Below are positions 42,756-56,225 of a DNA stretch of 64,000 bases, piece by piece. A program made the translations under genes and the position numbers. The notes under the pieces are model-generated. The model was not told the origin of the DNA and searched no databases. It saw only the letters and a program-made list of their open reading frames with translations. The stretch lies in the NCBI RefSeq assembly GCF_009914755.1, contig NC_060926.1; one strand, given 5' to 3'. Source of the DNA: the human T2T-CHM13v2.0 reference genome, Homo sapiens. How positions within the stretch are numbered: the first letter of the stretch is position 1; every line of letters starts with the position of its first letter.

Positions 42756-44326
42756 ATCTCACTTTCTGGGCCCACTATCTCTTTGAACTAAATCTTTTCC
42801 TCCTAGTTCATTCTGCTTTAGTACCATTTGGCTTCTCTGATATCTGAAAAACACATCAAACATTTGTGTACCTCAGAGTCTTTTCATCTGTTTAGGTTTT
42901 CCCCATAATTTCATTACATTTTGACCTTGTGTGTTTGGTGTATTTATTTTCTGTAACAATTCAATAGAATATAAACTCCAGGAGGGCTGGAATTGTTTTT
43001 CTGTGTTGGTCACTGCTGTATCCTAACCCATAGGACAGTTTCTTGTCCATAATACACTCCCAAAAATATTTGTTAAATATATGGTCTATTTTTAAATCCT
43101 TATCCCAATACAAAATGTGAAATACATGACATTTTTTTAAAGAAATTTGGGCTTGGGGAAGTGGCGATCAAAGTGTTCTCTCTTTTTGATGTATTGATTT
43201 GAGCCACTAGTTGAATACCTATATGAAAATGTCCATCAGGAAGACGAAAATATGACTGTATTTATGAGAGAAGTCAGGGGTGTAGGGACAATTTTGTTAC
43301 CTGTCCAATTAGAGTTGATGGCTGAAGCCACAGAAAGTGGTTTAGAGTCCCACTGAAGAGCATTTAGAGGGAAAGGGTTATTGATACAGAAAATACACAT
43401 GTAGAAAATATACCAGCATTCATAAAAGGTGAAAGAAATCAATGAAAGAGGCTGAGGAGCTGTGGAGGGTCTCTCTACTCCCCTGGCCAAAATGCCCCAG
43501 TCTCTTTCATTGGGCCCTCCCGTTTCTCATGATCACTGAGTGCAGATGCCAGGAATGAGCTGCACATGTAGTATTCCTTGCTCTTTCCCTGATGCAGTAT
43601 CAGATAAGTGAAGTTATTAGAGGCCTATACAGTTGTCTCAACTTCCCTGTGTCAATAAGGGACAAATAAATATTCTCCTTGGTATTACAGAGATGAAGTC
43701 TGGGAATGCATCTTGTGAATTTAGCCTGTACTTTGAGTTCTTGTGAGGTAGTAATGCCACTTTGTATTCAAAATGGAGTTTAGCTGATAAGCATCTGCAG
43801 AGACTTCACAGCACCCTCTGCAGCAGGGAAATGTGGAGTGGAAGGTGCTAAAACTGTAATTAGAACAAGGCATCTGTCTCCCAGCTCCTACAGAGCAGCT
43901 ACTAATCAATGTGATCACTTGCTTTGAGTGGGGAAGTGCTCACCCATGGCTCTGCTGGACTTTTTCCCAGCCACTAGCAGACTGGATATTGGTAAAGATT
44001 ACCATTGGCTCTGGAGAGATAGAAGAAAGTATTAGTGCTTGGGAAAAGCAGCAGTTTTAAAAGGTGTTTGGTAGGGCATGTGTTGATTTCGATTTCCTGT
44101 CAATCGCATATTTCCAGAATAATCTGGAGGCCAATTATTACTAAAAGTATAGCTCATGCTGAAGCATTTGCAGGCTGGTTATACAGAACTTTTTTGATTT
44201 CCTAGTCCATATGTTTACTTGCCCTTAGGACATTTTGCTCTTATTTGGCAGTTTTCCTGCCAAATAAAAAAAATCCACTTAATGCAATCATATCAATTTG
44301 ATATCTATTACCAATTCTGATTTGAG

Positions 44327-44620
44327 CAGCATTTTTCAATGTATGATCTGTAGAATACTTCTTTAAAAATCGCCTTTAAAAATGTTTCTTTAATTCAATA
44401 TTCTGGATAAATGCTACATATTATATCCCCCCTTTTAAAAATTCACAGTACACACTGGGGTATTAAAGGCTTCTAGCTCTCTTGCAAAAAAGAAACTGGT
44501 TTTAACTGTGTTGAACCTAGCATTTCCCAAACTTATTTCTTTAGAGAGTTTTTCTTTTTCTTTTTTTAAGACATAAAACAGAATTAATGTTCCAGAGAAA
44601 AGACTTTAGTAAAAGCTAGA
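44327..44620. mobile_element. hAT-Charlie remnant (MER113-like), same family as the 19.5 kb copy
   Basis: AAAATTCACAGTACAC...TATTAAAGGCTTC...AGCATTTCCCAAACTTATT. Confidence 0.55.
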
Positions 44621-46334
44621 TTAAATATTTCTTATCATTGACGTTTAAATTATGCCTAAAATGAGGTCCAGAGATTTCCTGAGAATTTCTTCATCCCATT
44701 CTCTATTACTACTGATAATTGCATGTTATGTAATCATTCAGGATAAGTCAGCCAGGATTCCAGCTCATTCTTCTGCTCAAAAGAATAAAAATAAAAGCCA
44801 GTCCTTTTATCATAATCATCAGTTCATTTAAAAGTTGACTCTGTTCTCACCCAATTTAGCCCCAGCAGACACAGACCTGGTGCATAGCCTATGTCCTGCA
44901 CAGACTTTGATAACCTGTGTCTCTGAAGACTACCCAGGCAGACTAAGCCTTCTCCTCCTTGAACTCTTCACAGTGGGGAATGTTCATGGCCTAATGACAT
45001 ATAGTATAGCTTCCCAAAAAGCTGAAAAGAAAGATTCACTCATGGACACATTAGGTTATATTCTTATGTAAAGATTTAAAATACAGGAATAAATAACAGC
45101 ATATTATAAATGTCTGGAAATAAAATATAAATATAGTTTAAAAGATTAAAAAAAGCCCAGCGAAACAGATAGTAGAAAAAGTATGATCAATGATTGCTAT
45201 AACATTACTTAAATATCTAACTGCATGTGGTGGAATGCTACACAAAAGAATTATTAGGCTTTTCTGACATACAAAACTACATGGCTCAAGACAGAATGAA
45301 TCAGTATGAAAGGTAAAGAACCTTGGGGAGGCCAGAACAAATATGTGGGTACTTCATTGGGAGGGATGAAGAGAAGATTAAGGAAAAGTCATCAAATGAT
45401 TTAAAAATTATATTTTATAGCTGAAAAAATCAGTTATAAGGATATGTAATTTTTGCTTTTTTGCCCTAGAAAAATGATGACTAACAGGATCTTCCTTTTG
45501 TTTTACCAAGTGAGGAGATGTGTGAGTTACAGAGAGAAGGCTTCTCCTTGTTGCTAGTCTTTAGATGACCTGGAAGAATAAAATGTCCTACAGATGGTTT
45601 GCATTGTGCATGCAGTGGTGGGAGAGAAGGAGGCAGAATAATTAGAGGGAAAAAAGACAACGAGAGAGAGAACTTTAGAAGGCTAGAGATTACTAGAATA
45701 CATATAAATGTGTTTGTATATATACATGTGATGTGTGTGTATGTATGGTTAGCTTAGTAACATGTTGTGTAGCTCTCTCTTCTCTATGTCTTAAAGGGCT
45801 TTTTAGAAGACAAACAAACATTTTTAGTGCTTGCCTTCTGCAGTCAGATATGGGATGATATACTGCCAAAAAAAAAAGGCCCAAGGGCTTTTGGTTTCCA
45901 CTTATATATGAAACAATAGGAATTATATTGAGGATGCTTTAATATTCAACAGATTAAAAGAGCAGTGAAAAAGAAGAACCTGTAATGTTTTATTGCAAGA
46001 GATACCTCCATAAAAAAGTTATCTGAAAAAGAAGAAAAAAGTTATCTTCATTTTACCTTCTAAAATAAAGATTAATACATGTTTGTAGGCAAATGCATGT
46101 TTTATATCATTTTAATTTATATTTATTCAACGAAGTTTATACGAAATGATTTCATCTATGGTTTTTATGCCACTGGTAGGTGTTTTTGAGGTGTAGACTG
46201 AAGGTAGTAAATACTCATTTGTTGTTCATAGACTCTACCAGCTTTAAAAATATACTTGCTTCTGCATGACTGCCAAGCTTTGCTGATCATTTTTCCACAT
46301 TCATAGTCAACCTTCTCTGCATAGAATGGTGATT

Positions 46335-46525
46335 TTATTAGTTAGGGTTCTCCAAAGAAACAGAACCACTAGGATGTATACATATATACAGAAGAAGATT
46401 TATTTGAAGGAATTGATTTACATGATTATAAAGCCTGGCACGTCCCCAGATCTGTAGAGTGGGCCACGGGCTGGGGTCCCAAAGAAGAGCCATGCTGCAG
46501 TTCAAGTCTAAAGGCCATCCGCTTT
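46335..46525 (-). mobile_element. Partial MLT2 (ERVL) LTR
   Basis: TATTAGTTAGGGTTCTCCAAAGAAACAGAACCA...AAGGAATTG. Confidence 0.8.
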
Positions 46526-46733
46526 GTAAAAGAGGATAAAAGGTAATGAGAATGCAGGAAGATAATGGTGATGTAATCAAAATAAACTATAGGAAGTGAA
46601 AACTACATGTAATTAAGATAAGAAAAAATAACAAACTGTGATTGGCAATAAAAACTGTAAAACATGCTACTGAGAGTTTTTTCCATATTTGGCTTTATAC
46701 ATATGAAGAATAATATTCATGTTACACACATGG

Positions 46734-46760
46734 ACACACACACACACACACACACACACA
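46734..46760. repeat. (CA)n microsatellite
   Basis: About 13 AC units. Confidence 0.9.
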
Positions 46761-49700
46761 GTAGTCTTTCAAATAATAACGAGTGAAATAAAAATCAACT
46801 CTATTTACCAGCAAGAAGCATACACATGCATTTTTAGGCTGCTGACTCTCTTGTTTTACTTGAAGAACTCATTATATGTTCCTTTATTTCCCTACCACCC
46901 TCCTGGAAAGAGAAATTTTACCATGTTATCGTAGGCTCATATAAATCCAAGATAAATTCTGGATCTAAGTAAATAGGATTTAAGTGTCACCTTGCCAGTA
47001 GAAAGTGGGATTGTGTGAATTTTTCCACCATTTCAACAAATGCTGTCAAAAACATCCTACTTTGATATTCTCAAACTAAAAGACTTAAATTCACTTAATG
47101 CTTTTGAAGAGACAGTCTCTATTGCCTTAGGGAACATTCTGTGTTCTTTCCTCATCACAACCCTAGTCTCCATAGGATGTCTATTTTATTCTCAAATTGC
47201 ACTGTCTTTATTCCATTTGCTTTAAACTCTCCAATAGTTAGGGTGTCCACAGCAGGACGCAGTAGCTACTTGTTCTAAATCTGTTCAAAATCCTTCCATC
47301 CTAACTGCTGGCACGGCTGGGTCTGGTGCCAATCAGACAGTTCATTGTTCCTGGTAGCTCACACAGCTGCTCATCAAATACACAGCTGTGGCACTGACCT
47401 TTAATAATATTATTCAAAGAATCAGTCTAATTTTATGAAACAGGCATGTCCTCATTTTAAATTCCCAAGGATCTTCTACTGGCTTTGTAATTGAATCTAT
47501 ATTTTGTTAAACCGTCAAGGAAGTTTTTATCAACAATCACATTTTATATTAGTAAAACTTGCCTAGGACCTCATACAATGCCAGCTAATATAATCAGGAT
47601 CACAATGGTCTTCTGGCGTTATGAAATTCAAGAAAAGTAAAACAGAAGGGGCTTAAGCGACTTGAGAAAATGTTCATATGTTGCAATCTCAGCATTTCTG
47701 GAAACTAGAACAATTATTATTAGAAGGCCTGTCTAGGATATGGTTTGAGGCAAAAGAAAATAAGTCTGCTATGTATTGAAACAAGAGATTTTTAGGTAAT
47801 TGGGCATCTATCATCGTCCAGGTCACACTTAAATATTTTAAAGCGTATTTTATAACTCCACAGAATTTTGTGAGGTGCTTTTTAAGTTACATGACTATTC
47901 AATGAATGCATATTCCTTAGGCCCATAACTTCTTTTTAAACTTAATTTTTAATTATCATACACTAAAATAGACTATTTTGGTGTGCAGTTATATGAATTT
48001 TAACACATGCATAGATTTATGTAATAATCACAATCAGAAGACAGAACTCTTAAATCACCCTAAAATACTTCTTCATGCTGTCTGCTTATAGTTACATTTT
48101 CCCCACCTCCCTACTCTTAACCCCATCTCTATAGCTTTGTGTTTTCGAAAATGCCATATAGTTGTAATTGTACATAAGTGTGACCTTTGAGAATGGCTAT
48201 CTCACTCAGCACAATGCCTTTGAGATTTATCAATAGCTTGTCCCTCTTGTCATTTTTTTGTTGCTGAATACCATTCTATGTATGGCTTTACCAGTTTTTC
48301 CATTCAAATATCCTCGGACATTTGGGTTGTTTCTAATTTGGGGCAATTATAAAGGGAGCTGCAATTACAAATTTGTGTATAGATTTTCATGCAAATAATG
48401 TTCTCTCTTTTCTTGTCTAAATACCCAAGTATCATGATTTGGTAAGGATATTTTTAACTTTATAAAACATTGCCAAATTACTCTGTAGATAGGCTGTACC
48501 ACTTTGCATTCATATCATCAATGTATCAGAGTTCCAGTTGTTCTTCAGGCTCATCAGTACTTGTTATTTTATCAGTACTTGGGTATTGATTAGTTAAGCC
48601 ATTCTAACGTGTATAATGATATCATATGGTGGTTTCAATCAGCATTTCCCTAATATTTTATGATGTTGAACAACATCCACATGCTTATTTGCCATCCATA
48701 TAATCACTTACATGAAGTATCTGCTCAAGTCCTTTGCTCATTTTTTAATTAGGTTATGTGCTTTCTTATTTTGAGTTTTTGCTTTCTTGAAAGTCGCATA
48801 TATAGTTTGACACAGGTTCTTTGATAGATATGTAATTTGCAAATATTTCTCTCAATCTATAGCTTGTATTTTCGTCTATGTATTTCATAGAGCAAAAGTT
48901 TGTTATTTTGATAAGTAATTTTAACAATTTTTTATTTTGTGGATTGTGCTTTTAGTGCTACGTCTAAGATTTGCCTGATCTCAGGTTATGAAGATATTCT
49001 CTTACATTTTTTCCTAAAAGTTTTAAAGTTTTATATTTTAAATTTACATATATAATCAATTTTGAGTTATTTTTAGTATAAGATGTGAGATTTAGGTTGA
49101 GATTTTTTTGTATGCAATTTGTTGAAAAGATTATCTTTTCCCCATTGAATTGCTTTTACAATCTTGTAAAAGACCAAATGGCCATATTTTTGTCATTCTA
49201 TTTCTGCACTTGTTATTCTGGTCCATTGATCTATGCATCTATCCTTCTGCCAATACCACACTGTTAATTACTAAAGTCTTAAAGTTAGGTAGTGTGATTT
49301 CTCCATGCTTACTTTCATTATTCAAAATTGTCTATTCTAATTCTTTTGATTTTCCATATAAATTTTAGAGTCAGCTTGTCTATATCTATAAAAAATTCTT
49401 CTCAGTTTTGACAAGAAGGTCATTGATCAATTTGGGGAAGATTTGTCTTTTATTATGTTAAGTCTTCTAATCCCTAGACATGGTATGTCTCTTCATCTAT
49501 CTAGGTGCCTTTTTATTGCTTTTGTCATAATTTTGTAGTTTTTAGCATATGGGTCCTGTGCATGTTTTGTTATATTTATATATTAGTACTCCATTTTTTG
49601 GAACCATTGTAAATGGTACTCTGTTATTTTTACTTTCCAATCATACCTTGTTTTTATAATAAAATATTATTTATTTCTGTGCATTGATCTTTTGTTCCCC

Positions 49701-50139
49701 GACTTTGCCAAAATTACTTATTAGTCATAGGAAATTTTTTATTTCTTTAATTTTTATTCATTTATTTCAGATTCCTTGGGTTTTCTAATATTCAATCATG
49801 CCATTTGCAATTAGGAACCATTTTATTTCTTCCTTTGTGTTTTGTATGTTTTTATTTGTTTATTTATTTGTCTTATTTTACTGGTCAGAAACTTTAGTGA
49901 TTGTATTGCCATATTTTCAGATTACCATCATATATGTTGAATAGAAGTGGTGAGAGCAGATATTATTGTCTTGTTCCTAATTAGTACTCTTATTTTTTTC
50001 ACTAGTAAATATGATGTTTACTGTAGATTTTTGTATGTCTTTGTTAAGTTTAGAATGCTTCTTTCTATTCAAAGTTTTCTGAGAGTTTTAATCACAAATG
50101 TGTTCAGCATTTTGTCAAATGCTTTTTCTACACTGATTT

Positions 50140-50231
50140 ATAGATTGGTGCAAAAATAATCACAGTTTTTGCCATTGTAATGCAAATGCCAAGTAATGAA
50201 AAAAACCCCAATAACTTTTGCACCAACCTAA
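50140..50231. mobile_element. MADE1 mariner MITE (palindromic)
   Basis: TAGATTGGTGCAAAAATAAT...TTTTTGCCATT and AATAACTTTTGCACCAACCTAA inverted termini, TA flanks. Confidence 0.88.
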
Positions 50232-50625
50232 TATATGATAATGCAATTTCTTTTTCATTAGCCACAGTGTGGATCACACTGATTTTTAAATATTTAACTG
50301 GACTTGTATTCCTGGAATACAATCCGTGTTGTCATGGTTTATAATTCTAGGCACATAGTGCTGAATTTGATTTGCTAATAATTTGTTAAGGATTTTTGCA
50401 TCCATATTCTTAAGTGATATTCCTCTGTAGTTTTATTTATTCCTCCTTTTTTTGCACTCTCTTTGTTTGGTTTTGCTATCAGTGTTTTACAAAATGAGTA
50501 GGAAAATGTTCCTTCTTCTGTTCTGGAAGCAATTGTGTAGAATGTGTATAATTGATGTTAATTCTTTTTTTTTTTTTTTTCAAACTTAGTAGAATCCTTC
50601 AGTGAAACCATCTGGGCCTGGAGGT

Positions 50626-50980
50626 TGACTTTTTAAGACTATATTTTAGAGCAGCTTTAGATTCATAGGAAAATTGAGGAAAAGGTATAGATATTTCTCA
50701 TATACCCCCATTCCTTCACATACATAGCTTCTCCCATTATTAACATCCCCTACCAGAGTGGTCCATGTATTACAATTCATCAACCTATATTGACACATCA
50801 TAATCACTCAAAGTTCATAGTTTACATTAGGCTTCACCTTCAGAGTTGTGCATTCTATGGATCTGGACAAATGTATAATGACTTGTGTCCACCATTTTAA
50901 TATCGTTCAGAGCATTTTCCTTGCCAAAAGCATTCTCTGTGCTGTGCCTGTTCACCTCTAACTCCACTGCTCCTCCCCAC
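50626..50980 (-). mobile_element. L1MC-type 3' end inserted in the older L1M
   Basis: TTTTAGAGCAGCTTTAGATTCA...TTGACACATCATAATCAC...CATAGTTTACATTAGG. Confidence 0.75.
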
Positions 50981-51034
50981 TGGATATTTCTTTTAAATGA
51001 TAAATTTAATTTCTGGAAGAGTTGTAGGGCTTAA

Positions 51035-51512
51035 AACAGGAATTTAAAAAATCTCAGTTTCTTTGGTTCAGGAGACCAGGCAGGGCATAGTAGGGTCCTC
51101 TGTAAGGCTGTAATCAAAGTAATTCTCTGGGTTGTAGTATCAACTGAAGAAGAATCTGCTTCCTTGGTTGGAAAGTGGTTGTGGGTCTGTGGGTTGTCAG
51201 ACTGAGGGCTTCAGTTCCTTGCTGATTGTTAGCAGAAGTTCATCCTCAGCTTCTTTGCCACGTGGTCCTCTCAAGTCAGGCTACAACATAGCAACATTTT
51301 TTTTTTAAGCTATCAAGGGAGAGACAATTTCCTCCCAGGAATAGAGTTCCAGAAATATATAACATAATCATACACATTCAGCCACTTTTGTTGTATTCTA
51401 CTGGGCAGAAGTAAGTCACAGGCCCCATTCACACATAAGGGAAAAGGATTATGCATGGACATCAATATAAGGAGGTGGGGATTTTGGGACCACTTTAGAA
51501 TCTCTTCACCAT
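51035..51512 (-). mobile_element. MLT1 MaLR LTR, truncated
   Basis: AAGGCTGTAATCAA; GACTGAGGGCTTCAGTTCCTTGCTG; GAAGTAAGTCACAGGCCC. Confidence 0.75.
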
Positions 51513-51519
51513 ATCTATC

Positions 51520-53260
51520 TTTATCATCACATTTGAAGTAAGTTTTTTTGTGCGTACCATATACTTAGGCCATATATAGTCTTACATTATGGCATCTTTG
51601 CCTTTTAATTGTTGTATTTAGATTAATTGCATTCATTGTAATTATTCATGTGTTTGGATTTAGATTTGTTATTATGATACCTGGTTTCTATTTATCCATC
51701 TGGCTTTTCTTCCTGTTTCTTCTTTCCCAGCTTCTACTGGATTATTTGAATTTTCAGTTTTCCATTTTAACATATCTGTTATTAATCTAATTATGTATTA
51801 TTTTAGTGGTTGCTTTAAGACTTAATTTCCACAGGGTACATTAAATTAATACTTCACCACTTCAAATGGGATGTAGAAATATTACTATCATGTAGGTTAT
51901 CTTACCTTCTCTTCTTCATGTTATAGTTGCCTTATATTTTACTTCTGCATACATTGAAAACAGCATCAAACTGTTATAATCTTAGTTTTCAACTGTCAAA
52001 CATTTTAAAGAACTTAAGAGGATTTAAGTAGTTTATTTTATTTACTAACTGATTTAACATTTCTGTTTCTATTGCTTCATTCATGATGTTCCAAATTTCC
52101 TTCTCATTGCAGTTCCCTTTTTTCCAAATAACTACTTTCAGTTTTTTCTTTAGACCATAACTGCAAGCAAAATTATCTTATTTTCCCTTTATTTGAGAAT
52201 ATCTATTTCAACTTCATTTTTGAAGGATTTTTTTCTGGATAAAGAATTCTGATTTGACAATTCTCTATTTTAGGATTAGAAAAAATACTGTGCCATTTTC
52301 TTGAGTTCTCCTTGGCTTCTCATGAGAAATATTCAGTTATTTGAATGTTTGTTCCTCTCTAAGCATTGTGTTATCCTAGGCTGCTTTTAATATTTTTCCA
52401 TTTTTGATTTTAGTCCATTTTATTATATTGAGTATCATTATGGTTTTCTTTGGGTTCATCATCTTTAAGGCTCACTGAGCTTCTTGTATCTGCAAGTTTA
52501 TCTTTTCCATCCAGAGTTTAGAAAATTTATTTTACTATTTCTTCCATTATTTTTTCTGTCTCAAAAAATATTTCCATCTGGTACTAATTACACATATTTT
52601 ATATCTTCTGATATTTTTCCACAGATCACTGAAACCCTGTTTTCTAAAACTTTTTTCAGCTCTTTATTTTGGATAATTTATATGAATCTAATTTTAAGTT
52701 CAGTTGTGCCTGCTTCTGTCACCTTTATTTGCTATTAAGCCCATCCAGTGAATTTGTAATTTCAGATATTGTACTTTTCCATTCTGGAATTTTCATTGTA
52801 ATATTTTTTTCATTTCTATTTCACTTTTGAGAGTCACCATCTATTCATTTATTAAAGTCATATTTTCTCTGTCTTTAAACATAAAATATAGCTATAAAGT
52901 CTTTATCAGGTAATTTCAATATTTTAAATCACCATAATGTTTGTTTCTAATTGATGCTTCAATATTCAAAATAATTTTAGACTGTATTCTAGATATTAAT
53001 ATTTGTAGAAACTCTGGATTTTTATTGATTTTTGTTCTGCAAGGCAGTTAGCCTGTCAGGTGACACATTCTAAACTCTATCTCTTCAGGAGTGGGGAAGC
53101 TGAGATCTGTGCTCCGTTCTTTCCAATTACTTTCCTTTGAGCCTCTGTGAATTTCTCCTGAGCATGAATGCTTCAGGTGTCAACTCAGGATTGGGTCAGG
53201 GTCTATATACAGATTTTGGGGCTGGAACCTATATAGCTCTCTATTCTATTACTACCTTCC
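51520..53260 (-). mobile_element. Ancient L1M ORF2 start, ORF1 and 5' region
   Basis: CCTTTTAATTG (ORF2 start on minus); TTCATTTTTGAAGGA; CCATCCAGTGAATTT. Confidence 0.7.
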
Positions 53261-53399
53261 ACCATGGATCAAAATTGATTGCAGAAATTTTATACTTTTA
53301 ATTATTAAATTATTTCATGCATTGTAGATAAAAAAAAAAAGAAAGCACACGCACACAGGAAGACATAATAATGTTGAAGCAAGTACACTTGCTTTCTAA

Positions 53400-53640
53400 A
53401 CATGGCACTCAAGACAGAAGACTGAAGAAATAACATTATGGTTTAAATTCATTGTCTTAGTTGAATAAATTTATTGAAGTTAAATGACCTTCTTTAAAAA
53501 GTTTTACTTTCCCATGTATAAAACAAAGATAATAGTAAGTATTATTTAGTAAAGCTGTGGTTAAACTAAACAAGATAAAATATATAAAGTATTATTAAAG
53601 TGTTTGGGAACAGTTAGCCCTTCACTATTGTTCACTACTA
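53400..53640 (+). mobile_element. MIR fragment
   Basis: TTTCCCATGTATAAAACAAAGATAATAGTA...GATAAAATATATAAAGT. Confidence 0.55.
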
Positions 53641-54145
53641 TTTATTGATTTAATATTTAAAAAATTCAAACTGTCTGTTTCCAAGTACTGTAAATAAAAT
53701 TAAAAATCAAAGGCAAAATTAGGATTATATTTTTGTAATCTTACAGAGAAAAGATAAACACAATTTACATATAAAGATATGTTATTAATAAATAACAGCT
53801 CAGGAAAACATCAATAACAAAAATTGCAGCCCTAAATGAATAATAAACATATAAAATTAACCTTAATATTAAAGAAACAAATCAAATTAAACATCAATCT
53901 AGTACAATTTTCTGCCTACCAAATTGGCAAAGGTTAAAGGGAAACAAAATGACATATTAACATAATATGTGGATAAAATACTGGAAGTCCACAGCAAATA
54001 AAACCATTTAGATCCTTTACTTAATTAATGAGTCTATGAATATTATTCAAATAGCATGCATAATCTTCTTGGCTAAACTGTCCTGCCATAAAGGCAGGGA
54101 TCAGTTCATTCTTGTCAATGCCTAATACAGCACTATTTACTCTCT

Positions 54146-54430
54146 CTATATATAGTATATATAGTAAATATATATACATATATATGTGATATATATATAC
54201 ATATTGTATATACAGTATGTATTATATATACTATATATTGTATATATAGTATATATAATACATACTGTATATACATGTATATAAGTATATATACATATAT
54301 ACTGTATATATGTATATATACATATATTGTATATATGTGTATATATAGTATATATGTATATACAATATTGTATATACAATATATAGTATATGTACATATA
54401 TATGGTGTGTGTGTGTGTGTATATATATAT
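54146..54430. repeat. Degenerate (TA)n/(TATG)n low-complexity tract plus (TG)n
   Basis: About 285 bp of alternating purine-pyrimidine, almost all A/T. Confidence 0.95.
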
Positions 54431-54662
54431 AAGCCAACATTTATCAAATAAAAGAAAAATCATTTAACCCAATATAGCTTTCATAAAATAAGAAAATAAA
54501 CTAGGAATATAGTGTCATTTCCTTGTACAATAATATACAATAATGTACAATAATGGAGAATTTACATGCTTTCTTTTGCAAATGTAGACACTAAACTTCG
54601 TGAAGAGGCAGATGATGATCAGGAAAAAAGAAAAAGTTAATTCATGAGAATAATGGCCTACT

Positions 54663-55338
54663 TTATTAGTCAGAGTTTTCCAGAGAAATAGAACTAATTG
54701 GAGATACACACACACACGTGTGTGTATACACACATACTTCTTTCTGTGCTTCTTTCTCTCCAAATACATACACACATATATGTGTGTGTGCATTTGCGTG
54801 TGTGTGTGTGTGTGTGTGTATTTGGAGAGAGAAGCACAGAAAGACAGACTGAGAAAGAGAAATAGAGGGAGAGATTTAATATAAGGAATTGGCTCATATG
54901 ATGACTAAAAAGCTGAGAAGTCTCATAATCTACAGACCAATGTAAGCTGGAGGTGTAGTTCCCAGCCAAGTCTAAAGGTATGAGAACCAGGAGAAATGAT
55001 AGCATAAGTTCTAGTTCAAGCTCAAATGCCTGAGAACCAGGAACACTGATGATGTAAGTTCCAGTTCAAGGGCAGAAGAAGGCTGATGTTCCAGCTCAGA
55101 TAATCAAGCAGAGAGATACTATTCTCCCTTCCTCTGCCTTTTTGTTCTATTTAGGTCTCCATAAGATTGGATGAGGCCTGCCCTTATTGGGGAGGACAAT
55201 CTCTTTTACTCAGTCTATTGATTCAAGCGCTAATCTCTTCTGGAAACACCCTCACAGACACACCCTAAAATAATGATTGTCCAGAAAGCAGGGTATCTCA
55301 TGACTTAGTCAAGTTGACACATAAAATTAACCATCAAA
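54663..55338 (-). mobile_element. MLT2 (ERVL) solo LTR with internal (CA)/(TG)/(GA) microsatellites
   Basis: TATTAGTCAGAGTTTTCCAGAGAAA...GTCAAGTTGACACATAAAATTAACCATCA. Confidence 0.9.
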
Positions 55339-55434
55339 TATATCAATAAATATTTTATTCCAAAATAAAGTGAGAATTTTTCCTAGCACAGTACTTGTAA
55401 GGTATTATGACTAATTTCCTAAGGCAATCTACTT

Positions 55435-55712
55435 ATTTTACTTTTCTTTTTTTAGGCATAGTCTCACTCTGTCACCCAGGCTTGAATTCAGTGGTGAAAT
55501 CACAGCTCATTGTGGCCTCAACCTTTCCTGCGTTCAGGTGATCCTCCCACCTTGGCCTCCCGAGTAGCTGGGACTACAGATGCATGCCACCATGCCCGGC
55601 TAATTTTTGTATTTTTTGTGGAGATGAGGTTTCACCATTTTGCCCAGGCTGGTCTCAAACTCCTGGGCTCAAGCACCAGCCTCAGCCTCCCAAAGTGCTA
55701 GGATTACAGGTC
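55435..55712 (-). mobile_element. AluJ SINE, slightly 5' truncated
   Basis: CACAGCTCATTGTGGCCTC; CAAACTCCTGGGCTCAAG. Confidence 0.9.
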
Positions 55713-56225
55713 TGGCAATAATTTACTTTGTATGTGTCACATGATTGCAAACTATTTCTGAATAGCTAGAAAAAAAAAGATTTGCTTTTCTTACTCCTGT
55801 GTATTAGCATACATCTGTCTTGCTTTTTTTCTGAAAAGATTTATATTAGTAGTTCTGTAGATGCCATAGGATCTATGCAGGCATAAAAAGGATTCAATTA
55901 AAAATGTTGCAAACAACTTTATTGGCAGCATAAATTCTATTGATTAGGTCTTGTAAATTCATAAATCAGATTTTTCTCTATACACTCACTGCAATCACAA
56001 AACCAAATACATGTAAATTCCCATTATATCATTTGTTCTGAGTTTTTCTTTAATGATTTTTGAAATGTGAGGTTTTTTTTTGGAGTTCAGACTATGGAAA
56101 CTCGATTTCTATAATAGTTAATGTCTCTAAACATTATTCTTACAAATTTTGAAGTCAAGGTTTTATATTAAATAAACTCAACAAATACATTCTTTTTATT
56201 ATAGCTTGTTTAAAAAATAAGTTTT

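Larger units (their letters stand above)
47935..51030 (-). mobile_element. Ancient L1M LINE (3' end into ORF2) with nested insertions
   Basis: GGACATTTGGGTTGTTTC; TTTAACTTTATAA; TTTTGTCAAATGCTTTTTCT; AAACCATCTGGGCCTGG (PGPDGF on minus). Confidence 0.85.

Noticed and set aside
54133-54463. Tyr/Ile-rich ORFs of ~105 aa
   Set aside because: Artefact of the (TA)n tract
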